Source: Octopus sinensis (taxonomy: Eukaryota). Taken from it: 64,000 bases of DNA. Each line of letters begins with the position of its first letter. Position 1 is the stretch's first letter. A program made the position numbers and the translations under genes. The notes under the pieces were generated by a model that searched no databases, had not been told where the DNA came from, and saw only the letters and a program-made list of their open reading frames with translations. Below, in pieces: positions 37,958-50,650 of the stretch. The stretch spans positions 11,966,001 to 12,030,000 of the forward strand of contig NC_043025.1 in the NCBI RefSeq assembly GCF_006345805.1, in the 5' to 3' direction.

Positions 37958-40900
37958 CAGTAGTTTTATTTTTATTTATATAGCGTGCTTTCACTTCACT
38001 ACCGAGCGCAGCTCTGTGTGCCTTGGGTATGTGCTGTGATTTGTTGTGATGCTCTGATGGTTATTGTATGGAAAGTGTTCTGCGTAGGATGTGTGCAGTG
38101 CCTAGTAGTGCAATTTTCTGTATGTTATATGTGTTTGTAAGTCCTGGTGTTTTTGTTATGTATTTGTCTGAATATTTTTTTATCATGCCTAATGCACCTA
38201 CTATGATAGGAATTGTTTCTGTTTTCAGATTCCACATTCTAGTTACCTCTATTTCCAGGTCTTTGTATTTTGAGAGTTTCTCCATTTCTTTTAGAGACAC
38301 GTTGTCATCTGCCGGTACTGATACATCAATTAGAAAGCATTTTTTTTCTTCATGGTCTCTGACAACTATATCTGGTCTGTTGGCCTTAATTTCTCTATCT
38401 GTGTGTATCGGCATATCCCAGAGTATGGTTGCTTTCTCGTTTTCTGTGACCTTTTCTGGTGTTTGCCTATACCATCTTTTTTCTTTTGTTTATTCCATAA
38501 TGTTGGCATAGCTTCCAATGTATGTAAGTTCCAACTCTGTCATGTCTGTGAATATATTCCTTCTTAGCCAGGACTGGGCAGCTAGAGATAATATGATTTA
38601 TTGTTTCTTGTCCATCTCCACATATTCTGCAGTTACTTGTAATATTTCTTTTCATTACATGTTTTTGGTAATTTCTAGTGGGGAGGCTTTGGTCTTGTGC
38701 TGCAATTAAAAATCCCTCTGTTTCTGCTTTGAGTCCTGAGCTTCTCAACCATTGCTGGGATTTTTCTTTGTCTATTTCTTTTGCGTTTAGTTTAGTGCAG
38801 TATTTACCATGAAGGGGCTTTTCTTGCCATCGTTTTATCATGGTTCGTTGCTGTTCTGTTTTTAGTTTGGATTTCATTTGTTTTATAGCTTTTGTTGTTT
38901 CTTCATCTTCTTCTTCTTCTTCATGTTTATTAGGTGGTATGATTTCTTGTTTGTATTTGTCAGCTTCCTTAAATACTGAGAACAGTTTTTTGTTTTGCTC
39001 GTGTTTTGCCGCTATCTGGATCAGTTTTCCTTCCTTCTGAAGTAGATATTTTTGCAGTCCTATGGTGGTTATTTTATAGTAGTTTTCCAGCTGTATAAGG
39101 CCTCTACCACCTTCTATACGTTGTATATATAGTCTTTCTATGTCAGATTTTGGGTGATGCATCCTAGATCCTGTCATTATTTTTCTTGTTTTCCTATCTA
39201 TTTTGGTCAGTTCATTTCGTGTCCAGTTAAGGATATTGTAGCTGTAACTATAACTGGGACAGCTAAAGTGTTGATACCTATTATCTTGTTTTTAGCATTG
39301 AGCTCTGTGTTTAGTATTGATCTAACTCGTCTATAATATTCTTTTTTTATTTTCTCTTTCATTTGTGTGTGTTGTGTCTTATCTAGTTCATGGATTCCTA
39401 AGTATTTGTAAGTTTGGCTTTGGTCTAATTCTTTTATTTCATTGGTTTTATCTAGTGTGATGTTGTTACTCTTAACTAGTTTTCCTCTTTTCATGGTTAC
39501 TTTGGCGCATTTTTCTAATCCAAATTCATATCTATTTCTTTGGTAAATCCATGAACTGTCTTTAATAGTGTTTCCAGCTGTTTGTCATTTGCAGCGTATA
39601 GTTTTAGGTCATCCATATATAAAAGGTGGCTGATCGTTTTGCCGTAACATTTATATCCGCATCCAGTTCTATTTAGCATATCAGATAGAGGTGACAGTGC
39701 CAAGCAGAAAAGGAGTGGAGAGAGCGTGTCTCCCTGGAATATTCCTCTTCTAATGGGGATGTCTTTGGTTTCATGAGTCCCTCTTTTGTTTGGAGGTGTA
39801 GGACTGTTTGCCATTTATTCATAGAGTGCTCTATGAATTTTACGATTGTTGGTGCTACTTTGTTAATGGCTAGTGTTTCGAGGATCCATGTGTGGGGGAT
39901 GCTATCAAACGCCTTTTTGTAGTCAATCCAGGCCATACTGAGGCCTTTCTTCTTTCTGTGGCTGTCTTCAGTTATGGCTTTATTAATCATTAGTTGATCT
40001 TTACAGCCATATGAGCCTTTGCGGCATCCTTTCTGCTCTTCTGGGAACAGTTTGTTTTCGTCCAGGTGCTTGTTCAGCCTTTGTGATATCACTGCAGTAA
40101 TGCCTTGAACATAGTAGGGAGGCAGGTTATTGGTCTGTAGTTTTCTGGTTTTTCTGTTTCATTTGATTTGGGAATTAAGATGGTTTTCCCCTTCGTGAGC
40201 CATTCAGGCATTGTCTCTGGCTCTGCTAGTACGTTGTTAAAGTTTTCAGCCAGCTTTTTGTGCATTCCTGTTAGATATTTCAACCAGAAGTTGGGGATCT
40301 TGTCATGCCCAGGTGCCTTCCAGTTGCTTAGTCTTTGCAGTGCCTGGGTGACCTCTTCAGTTGTTATGGGGGTCCAAAGTTGTTCAGATGCCGAGTTTGT
40401 AATTTTGATACTCCTTTTTTTGGTGGTTCGTTCGCTGACCATATCTCTCTCCAGAATTCTTCCAATTCTTCTGCCGTTGGTGCTGCAGTGACTTCTATTT
40501 TATTTTTGCCCAGTTCTTGGTAGAACTTTTTGGGGTTGGAGCTGAACTTTTTGTTTTCTTCAAAGAAGCATTGGCGTTTCTTGTACCGGCGGATCCTTTG
40601 TGCTTTGGCAAGGATATCTTGCTTCAGCTTTTCTTTTATTTCAGGCAAATCTTTCTCTGTCATGTTATATTTGCGGAGTATTTTTGTTCTCTTTTTGTTG
40701 CTCAGTAGCGTTGATTCTTTGCTGATTTCATTAAGAATCGACAGGTCTTTTCTAATTTTTTTTATTTTGCTTTGGATGTTATTTATCCACAGGGTTTGTT
40801 TGGGTGGTGGTACTCCTGTTTGGGCAGGTTTGGGTGAGTATCCAGCTTCTTTTGTGGCTGCAGTGGCTGCTGCGTATATTAGGTTATTTAGCTCAGTGAT

Positions 40901-41883
40901 ATCACTTTTTTTTGATTCAGTGGCTATCAGTTCAGTGACGGCTAGGTTTATGCTGTTTATAATAGGTGTTGTTATTTCGTTTATTTTGATTCTTGGGAGG
41001 TATGGTCGGTGGTCCATTTTGAGCTCTGTGGTTTTCAGTTCTTTGATTATTTTATTTTTTATATTATCATAATCATTAGGCTCCCCTTCGTTGTTTACAT
41101 CGTGTTTGTTGGGAATGTTGCGTTTGTCTTCGTGTTTTACAGTTTCAGTGTTTATATTATTGGGCATTGTTGTGTGGCTTCTATCTACATTTTCCTGGTG
41201 TATGTTTTCTTTTAGGTGTTCTATTTCTATTTCTGATATTTTTTTTTGTTGAGAATGTATCTTCGTACGTTAGCTAATTTATTAGGGTTCATTGCTATAT
41301 CCAAGTCTATATCTCTATTATTTTCCTTCCATATTTTATATGTATGTGTGTTGTATTTACATTTTTTGGGTAGAGTATGCTGTGAAGTATGCGTGTAAGA
41401 TAGAAATGTATTCCTCACGTGTCCATTTACGTCTTTTGGGTTTTATTTGCGGGACATGAGGTACAACGTCCGGCCCATTATTTTGACGGTCGTCATTTTC
41501 GTAGGGTACCGGTCCGTTTATTTCTGTTGTCACATTATTTCGCACGTGTAGTTTTTCGTACATTTTTTGTTGTAAATTTAATGTACGTACCGCTCGATTG
41601 TTATTCTTGGGTTGAATAGTATCGGTGGCATTTAATTTCTTCGTAGTTCCTTTGTACATGGTGTTTGGGGTCGGAGATGATCGTGATGTTTCACGCATGT
41701 TTACATGTGTTGCGTTAGAGATGGAGATGATATCGAGTCAAAATACATCATTTCATTTCGAAAATAGTAATAAATTTCAATTAGTATTACTTACTCGGTA
41801 CAGTCCAATTCTTTGTTAGTAAAACTTTGGCTCCATAGGATGTCCTTGTTTTCGATGTTTGTGGATAGGTTTCGGAGCTCTGA
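37958..41883 (-). mobile_element. Near full-length non-LTR retrotransposon, R4/Dong clade (RT plus restriction-like endonuclease), frameshifted
   Basis: RT motifs WKAPGHD.IPNFW, ENYRPITCL, EEQKGC, AWIDYKKAFDS, GIFQGD.LSPLLF and LLYMDDLKLY; CCHC CRICG..ETINHIISSC; RHD; PD..D endonuclease NRPDIVV..CFLIDVSVP. Flanked by (ATT)n on both sides. Confidence 0.93.
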
Positions 41884-41945
<62 letters not shown>

Positions 41946-42049
41946 CATTATTATTATTATTATTACCCTCCAGCCTTCATCAGGTAATGAAGGCTGGAGG
42001 GTATACCAGCTGAAACGTTGTGATAACAACAAACAAGATGAGGACAAAT

Positions 42050-42173
42050 GATGATGATGATGATGATGATGATGTGATGATGATGATGATGATGACAATG
42101 ACGACGATGATGATGATGTTGATGATGATGATGATGAAGATGATGATGACGATGACGATGTTGATGACGATGT

Positions 42174-42209
<36 letters not shown>

Positions 42210-42500
42210 CGACGACAATGATGACTGTTGATGATGATGATGATGATGACGATGTTGACGATGTAGATGATGATGATGATGATGATGATGACAACGATGA
42301 CAACAATGATGATGACGACGATGATGATGATAATGATGATGATGACGATGATGACGATGTTGACGACGACGATGATGATGATGATGACGATGACGATGAT
42401 GTTGACGACGACGACGATGATGTTGATGATGTAGATGATGATGATGATGACGACGATGATGATGACAATGTTGATGATGACGATGTTGATGATGATGATG
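42050..42500. repeat. (GAT/GAC)n trinucleotide tract
   Basis: Directly visible; intronic, next to the ANKAR exon 4 donor. Confidence 0.95.
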
Positions 42501-42534
42501 GAGCCCCCCCAAATGAAAAAAACCCGGGCCTTAC

Positions 42535-42682
42535 TTGTGAAGGAGTTGACGCTCGGCTTTGTGGAAGTTTGCAAGATAGGTCAGAGCAATTGCTGCATTG
42601 CCTTGGACCCATTGATCCGAAACAAGGAGCAGATGACAGAGGAAGTCTACAGCGTCTATGGCAATTATGGCTTGCGGCACAC
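42535..42682 (-). CDS. ANKAR: ANKAR-like exon 4 (ARM repeat)
   Basis: cttctatccacag|GT, phase 1 to 2: VPQAIIAIDAVDFLCHLLLVSDQWVQGNAAIALTYLANFHKAERQLLH; donor AA|gtaagg. Confidence 0.9.
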
Positions 42683-43631
42683 CTGTGGATAGAAGACAGC
42701 CAGGTGAGAGACCGAGAGACGGCATGTGAGAGAAATAAAGGACATGATGAGAAATCGATGTCTGTTTACCCTGATCCCTATCGAGAGAAAAAAAATAAGC
42801 AAGCTTGGCCGTGGGGTTACGAAGCTCCCTATGTGACCAGCTGGCTTTGGGTTCAGTCTCAAGACATGGCATCGAGGTGTCTTGTTCAATATATTTCTTT
42901 ACTACCCACAAGGGGCTAAACACAGAGAGGACAAACAAGGATAGATAAACGGATTAAGTCGATTACATCGACCCCAGTGCGTAACTGGTACCTATTTATT
43001 CGACCCCCGAAAGGATGAAAGGCAAAGTTGACCTCGGTGGAATTTGAACTCAGAACATAAAAACAGACGAAATACCTATTTCTTTACTACCCACAAGGGG
43101 CTAAGCACAGAGGGGACAAACAAGGACAGACAAATGAAGACAGACAAATGGATTAAGTCGATTATATCGATCCCAGTGCGTAACTGGTACTTAATTTATC
43201 TACCGGCAGAATTTGAACTCAGAACGTAGTGACAGACGAAATACCTATTTCTTTACTACCCACAAGGGGCTAAACACAGAGGGGACAAACAAGGACAGAC
43301 AAACGGATTAAGTCGATTACATCGACCCCAGTGCGTAACCGGTACTTAATTTATCTACCCCGAAAGGATGAAAGGCAAAGTCGACCTTGGTGGAACTTGA
43401 ACTCAGAACGTAACGGCAGACGAAATACGGCTAAGCATTTCGCCCGGCGTGCTAGCGATTCTGCCAGCTCGCCTTATATATATACACATACACACATACA
43501 CAAACACTAAGGAAAAGGAAGCAGTCAGAATTTTGGATAATTCTTTATTCGCTTTATTAGGCTACTAATGTATTATCTAAAATTTTGACTGCCTACTTTT
43601 TCTTAACACACACACATCCCAAATTAGTTAC

Positions 43632-43788
43632 CTGATCTTGTGTGTGTCAGCCGTGCCACACAATCTGCCGCCAGTGTCAAAATTGCGTCGTTAACAGAAT
43701 TCTCCAGAAGATCAATCAGTATCCGAATTCCCATCGCCGATGTGATGGCTTTGTCTTCATCTGTAATGATCCGGGCTAAGATAACTAT
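43632..43788 (-). CDS. ANKAR: ANKAR-like exon 3
   Basis: tctcttccag|ATA, phase 0 to 1: IVILARIITDEDKAITSAMGIRILIDLL...VARLTHTRS; donor G|gtaact. Confidence 0.9.
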
Positions 43789-43863
43789 CTGGAAGAGACA
43801 ACACATATTCGTTACTATCAGCATATATGAACATATATATGTATGTGTGTATATATATATATA

Positions 43864-44369
43864 TCTATATATATAAAACTCTAGTTGTGTGAGTGTCTGT
43901 CCCCTTCGATTTAGATTCCTAACTCCTCCCACATTTTGCGGTGCAGTTTAACCAAATTCGGGTATCTTATAGTCGTGCTTAATATCAAGCCCGTCTGACT
44001 ATTAGCGCGCGTCTACGATGAGTCTACGATTTTAAAAATAATTTAACATCATTTTTTATTCCATTTTAATGCATAAAATGCATCGTGTGTCGATGGCGGC
44101 GGAGTTGGCGTCCACGCTCACAGCTGCACCTGTTTGCTTCTCCCCCTTCCCTCCCTCGTGTAGCTGTGGGGAAGGGAGTGTAAAGAAATCAACGTCGTAA
44201 AGCGTTGTCAAGGAGACCAGCGTTCTTTTAGAACAACGACTTCATGGCTTGAAGACACCAAAACAAAAATGGCTAAGAAAGCCCGAATTTATAAGGGAAG
44301 TAACTCTCTAAAAATGCTTATATAGTTAATACCCTTACAAACCCGAGCAACGCCGGGCGATACTGCTAG
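43864..44369 (+). mobile_element. Non-autonomous Helitron, 76 bp from the exon 3 acceptor
   Basis: A|TCTATATATATAAAACT 5' end; cccgagcaacgccggg hairpin and CTAG|T 3' end. Confidence 0.85.
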
Positions 44370-44708
44370 TATATATATATATATATCTGTGGAGGTGCAA
44401 TGGCCCAGTGGTTAGGGCAGCGGACTCACGGTCGTAGGATCGCTGTTTCGATTCCCAGACCGAGCGAAAACACCTAAAGCTCCGCGAGTCTCCTGCAGGG
44501 GGTGGTGGTGATCCCTGCTGTACTCTTTCACCACTCTTTCTCCCACTCTTCCTTCTGTTGGCCTGCTCGCTTAGCCAGCAGGTTGGCGTCATTCAAAGGC
44601 TAAAACAATCCGAACGCATTGTGACCAGCGATGTGTAACAACATCTGATGGTCTGGTCGGTCATGTGGATATCTATATCTATATATATATATATATATAT
44701 ACACTTTG

Positions 44709-44852
44709 TTTAAAGCAGCAGAAAATTCAACAAAATCTGTTACTCTGAGTTTCTTGTTGCCGTTCATCAGACAGTTTTTGCTATAACTGTCTGATGAACG
44801 GCAACGAGAAACTCAGAGTAACAGATTTTGTTGAATTTTCTGCTGCTTTAAA
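44709..44852. repeat. 68-bp-arm hairpin (8-nt loop) of a Penelope-like fragment containing a hammerhead-like core
   Basis: Arms 44709-44776 and 44785-44852 with one mismatch. Confidence 0.92.
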
Positions 44853-45124
44853 TAAAGCATATTACTCTACCACTGGTATTTGAGTACTCTTTTTTCCACC
44901 TTGTTTCACACTTATGTGTTTACTCCGGTATATATATATATATATATCATCATCGTTTAATGTCCGCTTTCCATGCTAGCATGGGTTGGACGATTGTGAC
45001 TGAGGTCTGGTGAACCAGAAGGCTGCACCAGGCTCCAATCTTGATTTGGCAGAGTTTCTACAGCTGGATGCCCTTCCTAATGCCAACCCCTCCGAGAGTG
45101 TAGTGGGTGCTTTTTACATGCCAC

Positions 45125-45385
45125 CGGACTCCAAATTTGCCATCAAGATGTAGGACAAGATACTGTGATAGCCTGGGCTTCAAAGGCCCACAGCTCTTCA
45201 ATATCCTCCTGAAGGACCTGAGAGACCTGCATGGGTTGGATGCAAATGTCTTTAAAATAAAGCTAGACCTCTTTCTGTCAGGTGTCCCAGACGAACCAAC
45301 TTCACTGCAGGAGGTGCAGATGAGGGCAGCTGCATCGAACTCTCTCATGCACCAAATGGCAATTGCTAAAAAGCATTCATGAGCC
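45125..45385 (+). mobile_element. LINE (I/Jockey/CR1-group) ORF2 3'-end remnant
   Basis: SLGFKGPQLFNILLKDLRDL...FKIKLDLFLSGVPDEP...RAAASNSL. Confidence 0.7.
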
Positions 45386-45529
45386 CCAGCATGGCCACAG
45401 CTCGTGAGCTGAAACTAGATAATATAAAATAATATAATATATATAAATATCGAATGGTAGTTTTTTAAAAATTTGAAGTAAAATTGTGAAATGGTGTTTG
45501 TTTGAAATGTAAAATAAAAATTAAAACAC

Positions 45530-45765
45530 ACACACACACCTGCACACACATACACACCTGCACACACACACATACACACCTGCACACACACACACACACA
45601 CCTGCACATACACACACACACACACCTGCACACACACACACAAACACACCTGCACACACACACACCTGCACACACACACACACACACCTGCACACACATA
45701 CACACCTGCACACACACACACACACACCTGCACACACACACACTGACACACACACACCTGCACAC
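45530..45765 (-). repeat. (TG)n array punctuated by 11 CAGGTG anchors
   Basis: Plus-strand (ca)n-cctg units counted directly. Confidence 0.92.
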
Positions 45766-45799
45766 GCACAGGATGGATTAACGAACATGATACAAATAC

Positions 45800-46044
45800 C
45801 TGGAATGCGCTGCTGCAACGAAAGTATTCGTCATCAGACTCAAGGAACGCCCGGAACCAAGACAGCCTGACGCCACCCAGCTCCGCCATTTCCCTCTGCT
45901 GCGACGTACTGTTGTATGCGAACGTCGCCAGTGCCATGCCTGCGGTGAGCTGCGCCTTCTTATCCCCGCAGTGCAACAAATTCATGATGAGAGAATAGCT
46001 GAAGTTCGTGCATCGTTTAACAGTTTCCATGGTTGTCAGATTAC
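45800..46044 (-). CDS. ANKAR: ANKAR-like exon 2
   Basis: taatcttccag|GT, phase 1 to 0: NLTTMETVKRCTNFSYSLIMNLLHCGDKKAQLTAGMALATFAYN...FRCSSAFQ|gtattt. Confidence 0.9.
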
Positions 46045-49000
46045 CTGGAAGATTAATGAGATATATTGAGCTTGCTTTTCAACCACACGGTTCTGGGTTT
46101 CAACACCACTCTGGTCAGCCCGAGGCTATAGTGTCTTATTTCTTTATTGCCCACAAGGGGCTAAACATAGAGGGGACAAACAAGGACAGACAAAAGAATT
46201 AAGTCGATTATATCGACCCAAGTGCATAACTGGTACTTATTTAATCGACCCCGAAAGGATGAAAGGCAAAGTTGACCTCGGCGGAATTTGAACTCAGAAC
46301 GTAGCGGCAGAAAAAAATACCTATTCCTACACTACCCACAAGGGGCTAGACACAGAGGGGACAAACAAGGAAAGACAAAGGGATTAAGTCGATTATATTG
46401 ACCCCAGTGCATCACTGGTACTTTATTTATCGACTCCGAAAGGATGAAAGGCAAAGTCGACCTCAGCAGAATTTGAACTCAGAACGTAACGGCAGACGAA
46501 ATACCTATTTCTTTACTACCCACAAGGGGCTAAACATAGAGGAGACAAACAAGGACAGACAAAGGGATTAAGTCGATCATATCGACCCCAGTGCATAACT
46601 GGTACTTAATTTATCGACCCGAATGGATGAAAGGCAAAGTTGACCTCAGCAGAATTTGAACTCAGAACGTAACGGCAGACAAAATACCTATTTCTTTACA
46701 ACCCACAAGGGGCTAAACACAGAGAGGACAAACAAGGACAGACAAAAGAATTAAGTCGATTATATCGACCCCAGTGCATAACTGGTACTTATTTAATCGA
46801 CCCCAAAAGGATGAAAGGCAAACTCGACCTCAGCAGAATTTCAACTCAGAACGAAATACCGCTAAGCATTTTGGGTTTCAACACCACTTTGGTCAGCCCG
46901 AGGTTATAGTGTTTTTGTTTACATCATCAGTGAACTAAACCCCATATTCTGTATATATGTGTGTGTGTGTGTGTGTGTGTGCGTTTGCGTGCGTGTGTGT
47001 GTGTGTGTGTACAATGGGCTTATTCAGTTTCCATCTACAAAATCCACCAAATTCTCTCACCACAAGGGCTTTGGTTGCCCGAGGCTGTAGTTAAAGGCAT
47101 TTGCCGAAAATGTTAGTGGGACTGAACCCAGGACCACGTGGTTGGGAAGCAAGCATCTTAACACACAGCCCTACATATGCCTATATGAATTAATGAGTTA
47201 AGGCGGCGAGCTGGCAGAAACGTTAGCACGCCGGGCGAAATGCATAGCCGTATTTCGTCTGCCATTACGTTCTGGGTTCAAATTCTGCCGAGGTCGACTC
47301 TGCCTTTCATCCTTTCCGGGTCGATGAATTTAGTACCAGTTATGCACTGGGGTCGATGTAATTGACTTGATCCGTTTGTCTGTCCCTGTTTGTCCCCTCT
47401 GTGCTTAGCCCCTTGTGGGCAGTAAAGAAAAAGGTATTTCGTCTGCCATTACGTTCTGAGTTCAAATTCTGCCGAGGTCGACTTTGCCTTTCATCCTTTT
47501 GGGATCGATAAATTAAGTACCAGTTACGCACTGGGGTCGATCTAATCGACTCGATCCATTTGTCTGTCCTTGTTTGTCCCCTCTGTGCTTAGCCCCTTGT
47601 GGGCAGTAAAGAAAAAGGTATTTTGCCTGCCGTTACGTTCTGAGTTCAAATTCTGCCAAGGTCGACTTTGCCTTTCATCCTTTCGGGGTCGATAAATTAA
47701 GTACCAGTAACGCACTGGGGTCGATGTAATCGACTTAATCCGTTTGTCTGTCCCCTCTGTGTTTAGCCCCTTGTGGGTAGTAAAGAAATATATATGAATT
47801 AATGAGTATTACATTACAGACGAAATACCTATTTCTTTACTACCCACAAGGGGCTAAACACAGAGGGGACAAACAAGGACAGACAAACGGATTAAGTCTA
47901 TTATATCGACCCCAGTGCATAACTGGTACTAAATTCATCGACCCCGAAAGGATGAAAGGCAAAGTCGACCTCGGCAGAATTTGAACTCAGAATGTAGCGC
48001 AGACGAAATACCTATTTCTTTACTACCCAGAAGCGGACAAACGGATGAAGTCGATTACATTGACCCCAGTGCGTAACTGGTACTTAATTTATCGACCCCG
48101 AAAGGATGAAAGGCAGAGTCTACCTAGGCGGAATTTGAACCCAGAATGTAGCGCAGACGAAATACCTATTTCTTTACTACCCAGAAGGGGACAAACAGAT
48201 GAAGTCGATTACATTGACCCCAGTGCATAACTGGTACTTAATTTATCGACCCCGAAAGGATGAAAGGCAGAGTCGACCTCAGCAGAATTTGAACTCAGAA
48301 CGTAACGGCAGGCGAAATACCAATTTTTTTACTACCCACAAGGGGTTAAACACAGAGGGGACAAACAAGGACAGACAAACGGATTAAGTCGATTAGATCG
48401 GCTCCCAGTGCATAACTGGTACTTAATTTATCGACCCCGAAAGGATGAAAGGCAGAGTCGACCTCGGCAGAATTTGAACTCAGAACATAACGGCAGGCAA
48501 AATACCAATTTCTTTACTACCCAGAAGGGGACAAACGGATGAAGTCGATTACATTGACCCCAGTGCATAACCGGTACTTAATTTATCGACCCCCGAAAGG
48601 ATGAAAGGCAGAGTCAACCTAGGCGGAATTTGAACCCAGAATGGCCGTTTGCCAGCTCTGTCTGGCCCCCGTGTTGGTGGCACGTAAAAGCACCATCCGT
48701 CCGTGTCCGTTGCCAGCCTCGCCTGGCCCCCGTGCTGGTGACACGTAAAAGCACCATCCGTTCGTGGCCGTTTGCCAGCTCTGTCTGGCACCTGTGCGGG
48801 TGGCACGTAAAAAGCACCCACTACACACATGGAGTGGTTGGTGTTAGGAAGGGCATCCAGCCGTAGAAACACTGCCAGATCTGACTGGGCCTGATGAAGC
48901 CTTCCAGCTTCACAGACCCCAGTAGAACCGTCCAACCCATGCTAGCATGGAAAACGGACGCTAAATGATGATGATGATGAATGTAACGGCAGAATATTGT

Positions 49001-49052
49001 GAATATGAAAGGGTAAATAATGATAAAATTGTGCAAAAGTTTTAAGACTAAC

Positions 49053-50643
49053 CTAAGGATATGTAGGCCAGAGTCAGAGCTGCTTCCACTTTGATATAGA
49101 GATTTTTAGAATTGGCCATTAATGCCGTCAGCTGTTTGGCACCGTTGGTTTGGGTAATTAGTTGCTGGTTGTTGTGATAGGCTACAAATCCAGTAGCAAC
49201 ACACAGGTGACGTAGAGTGCGAGTGGCACTGAGGACGATATCCTCTCGTTGCGTTCGTAATAGTTGGACAAGGGTCAAAGTTCCTTGGGGAGCAATTTCG
49301 TTTCGGTAACTGATCGGGCCCTGGGCGAGCACACTGAGCGCCTCAGAACCTATATAATGAAGGTTCTCGGTCATTGATTTGATGAAGCTCAATAAAAGGG
49401 GCACCCCCATTCTTGTGGCCATCATGCGTTGGATGTAGACGTCAGTTCCCGCAATTGCCCAAAGGCTGCTGGCCGTTTTCTCTTGAAGCTTCTCTGACCT
49501 CCCTCTGCTGAACAGATGCATGAGGTATTTATCAAGCTGTTCGTTCAATAGTATCTTCTGCGTCTGTGGGTTGTTTATGGCAAGATAATGGATAGTATCA
49601 ACGGCGTTTAACTGCAACTCACGCACACGGACCTTAGTGAGAATCATAGTCAAAGGGACACAGATTCCTTTCTCTATAAAGGCATACTGAGCGGCGGGGT
49701 TTGACTTTACAAAGCTTTGAACGGCGTTTGTCAAATCGTTGCTCAGGGATTTACTGCTGTAGTAGAGCTTAAACAGATTGATCACGCTGGCGAACAAATT
49801 CTCCGTGTTGACCACAGCAGCTTGGTTTTCGGGTTTCGAAGCCGCAATGTTGGAGAGAACTTGAAGTGATGTAACAAGGACATCGGTGTTCGTTTGTCTG
49901 GTGAGGACATCCACTAAAATTGCTGGAATATTTTCTTCAATCTCGGCATCGGCATGTTCCGGAACATTCGCAAGTTCCATTAAAAGCATCGTGGTAGCCT
50001 TTAATACTTCCCGATCCGATGATTTCAGGAGCTTTGCTAGAGTGACCAACACACCTTTTTTGACCATATCTCTTGCCGTCTGTTCACACTGTACCATGTT
50101 CAACAAGGACCGTACGATGGGGCTTTGAACACTGGGGTATATGTTCCCACGCAGCAGTTTTATCAAAGCACTTATGCCACCTTCATGAAGCAGACAATTC
50201 CAATTTGGGTTGACCCCTTCCGTTGACTCCTCATATGGCTCCGTCAGCATCTCAAGACACTCGGCAGCTTTTACAGCCTCTTTGATGATATCCGACAGCA
50301 GACACTGGAACAATTTCTTCCAGACGGGAAGTTCCGGGAACTTGGTATCAATAAAGTACTGAAGAATAGCTTTATCGTTGTTTAGTAGGGAAATCTCAAC
50401 GGCCCCTTGCCCTTTGGAATTCTGGGCATTTATTTTGGCCCCTTTTTTTATCAAGAATTGCACACATTCTAGTTTACCCCCTGTTACAGCCAGCAGAAAA
50501 GGTGTTGAGTTCAAGTCATCCGTAGTCTCATATTCCAACAGTTCCGGGTCTTCTTCAATGTATTTCTCCACAGACAAAATATAACCAGCCAAAGCAGCAT
50601 GATGAATCTGGGCCCAACCCTGGGCATCCATTTCAGTCGACAT
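49053..50643 (-). CDS. ANKAR: Ankyrin and armadillo repeat-containing protein, exon 1 (1591 nt); full six-exon CDS is 2484 nt, 827 aa
   Basis: Ankyrin repeats (GWAQIHHAALAG, STPFLLAVTGGKLECVQFLIKKGAKINAQN) followed by ARM-type helical repeats. Donor G|gttagt at 49052. All six exons join in frame. The gene name is inferred from domain architecture. Confidence 0.85.
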
Positions 50644-50650
50644 CGTGATT

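Noticed and set aside
42020-42919. 299-aa Asp/Met-rich ORF
   Set aside because: A (GAT)n tract plus the antisense of ANKAR exon 4.
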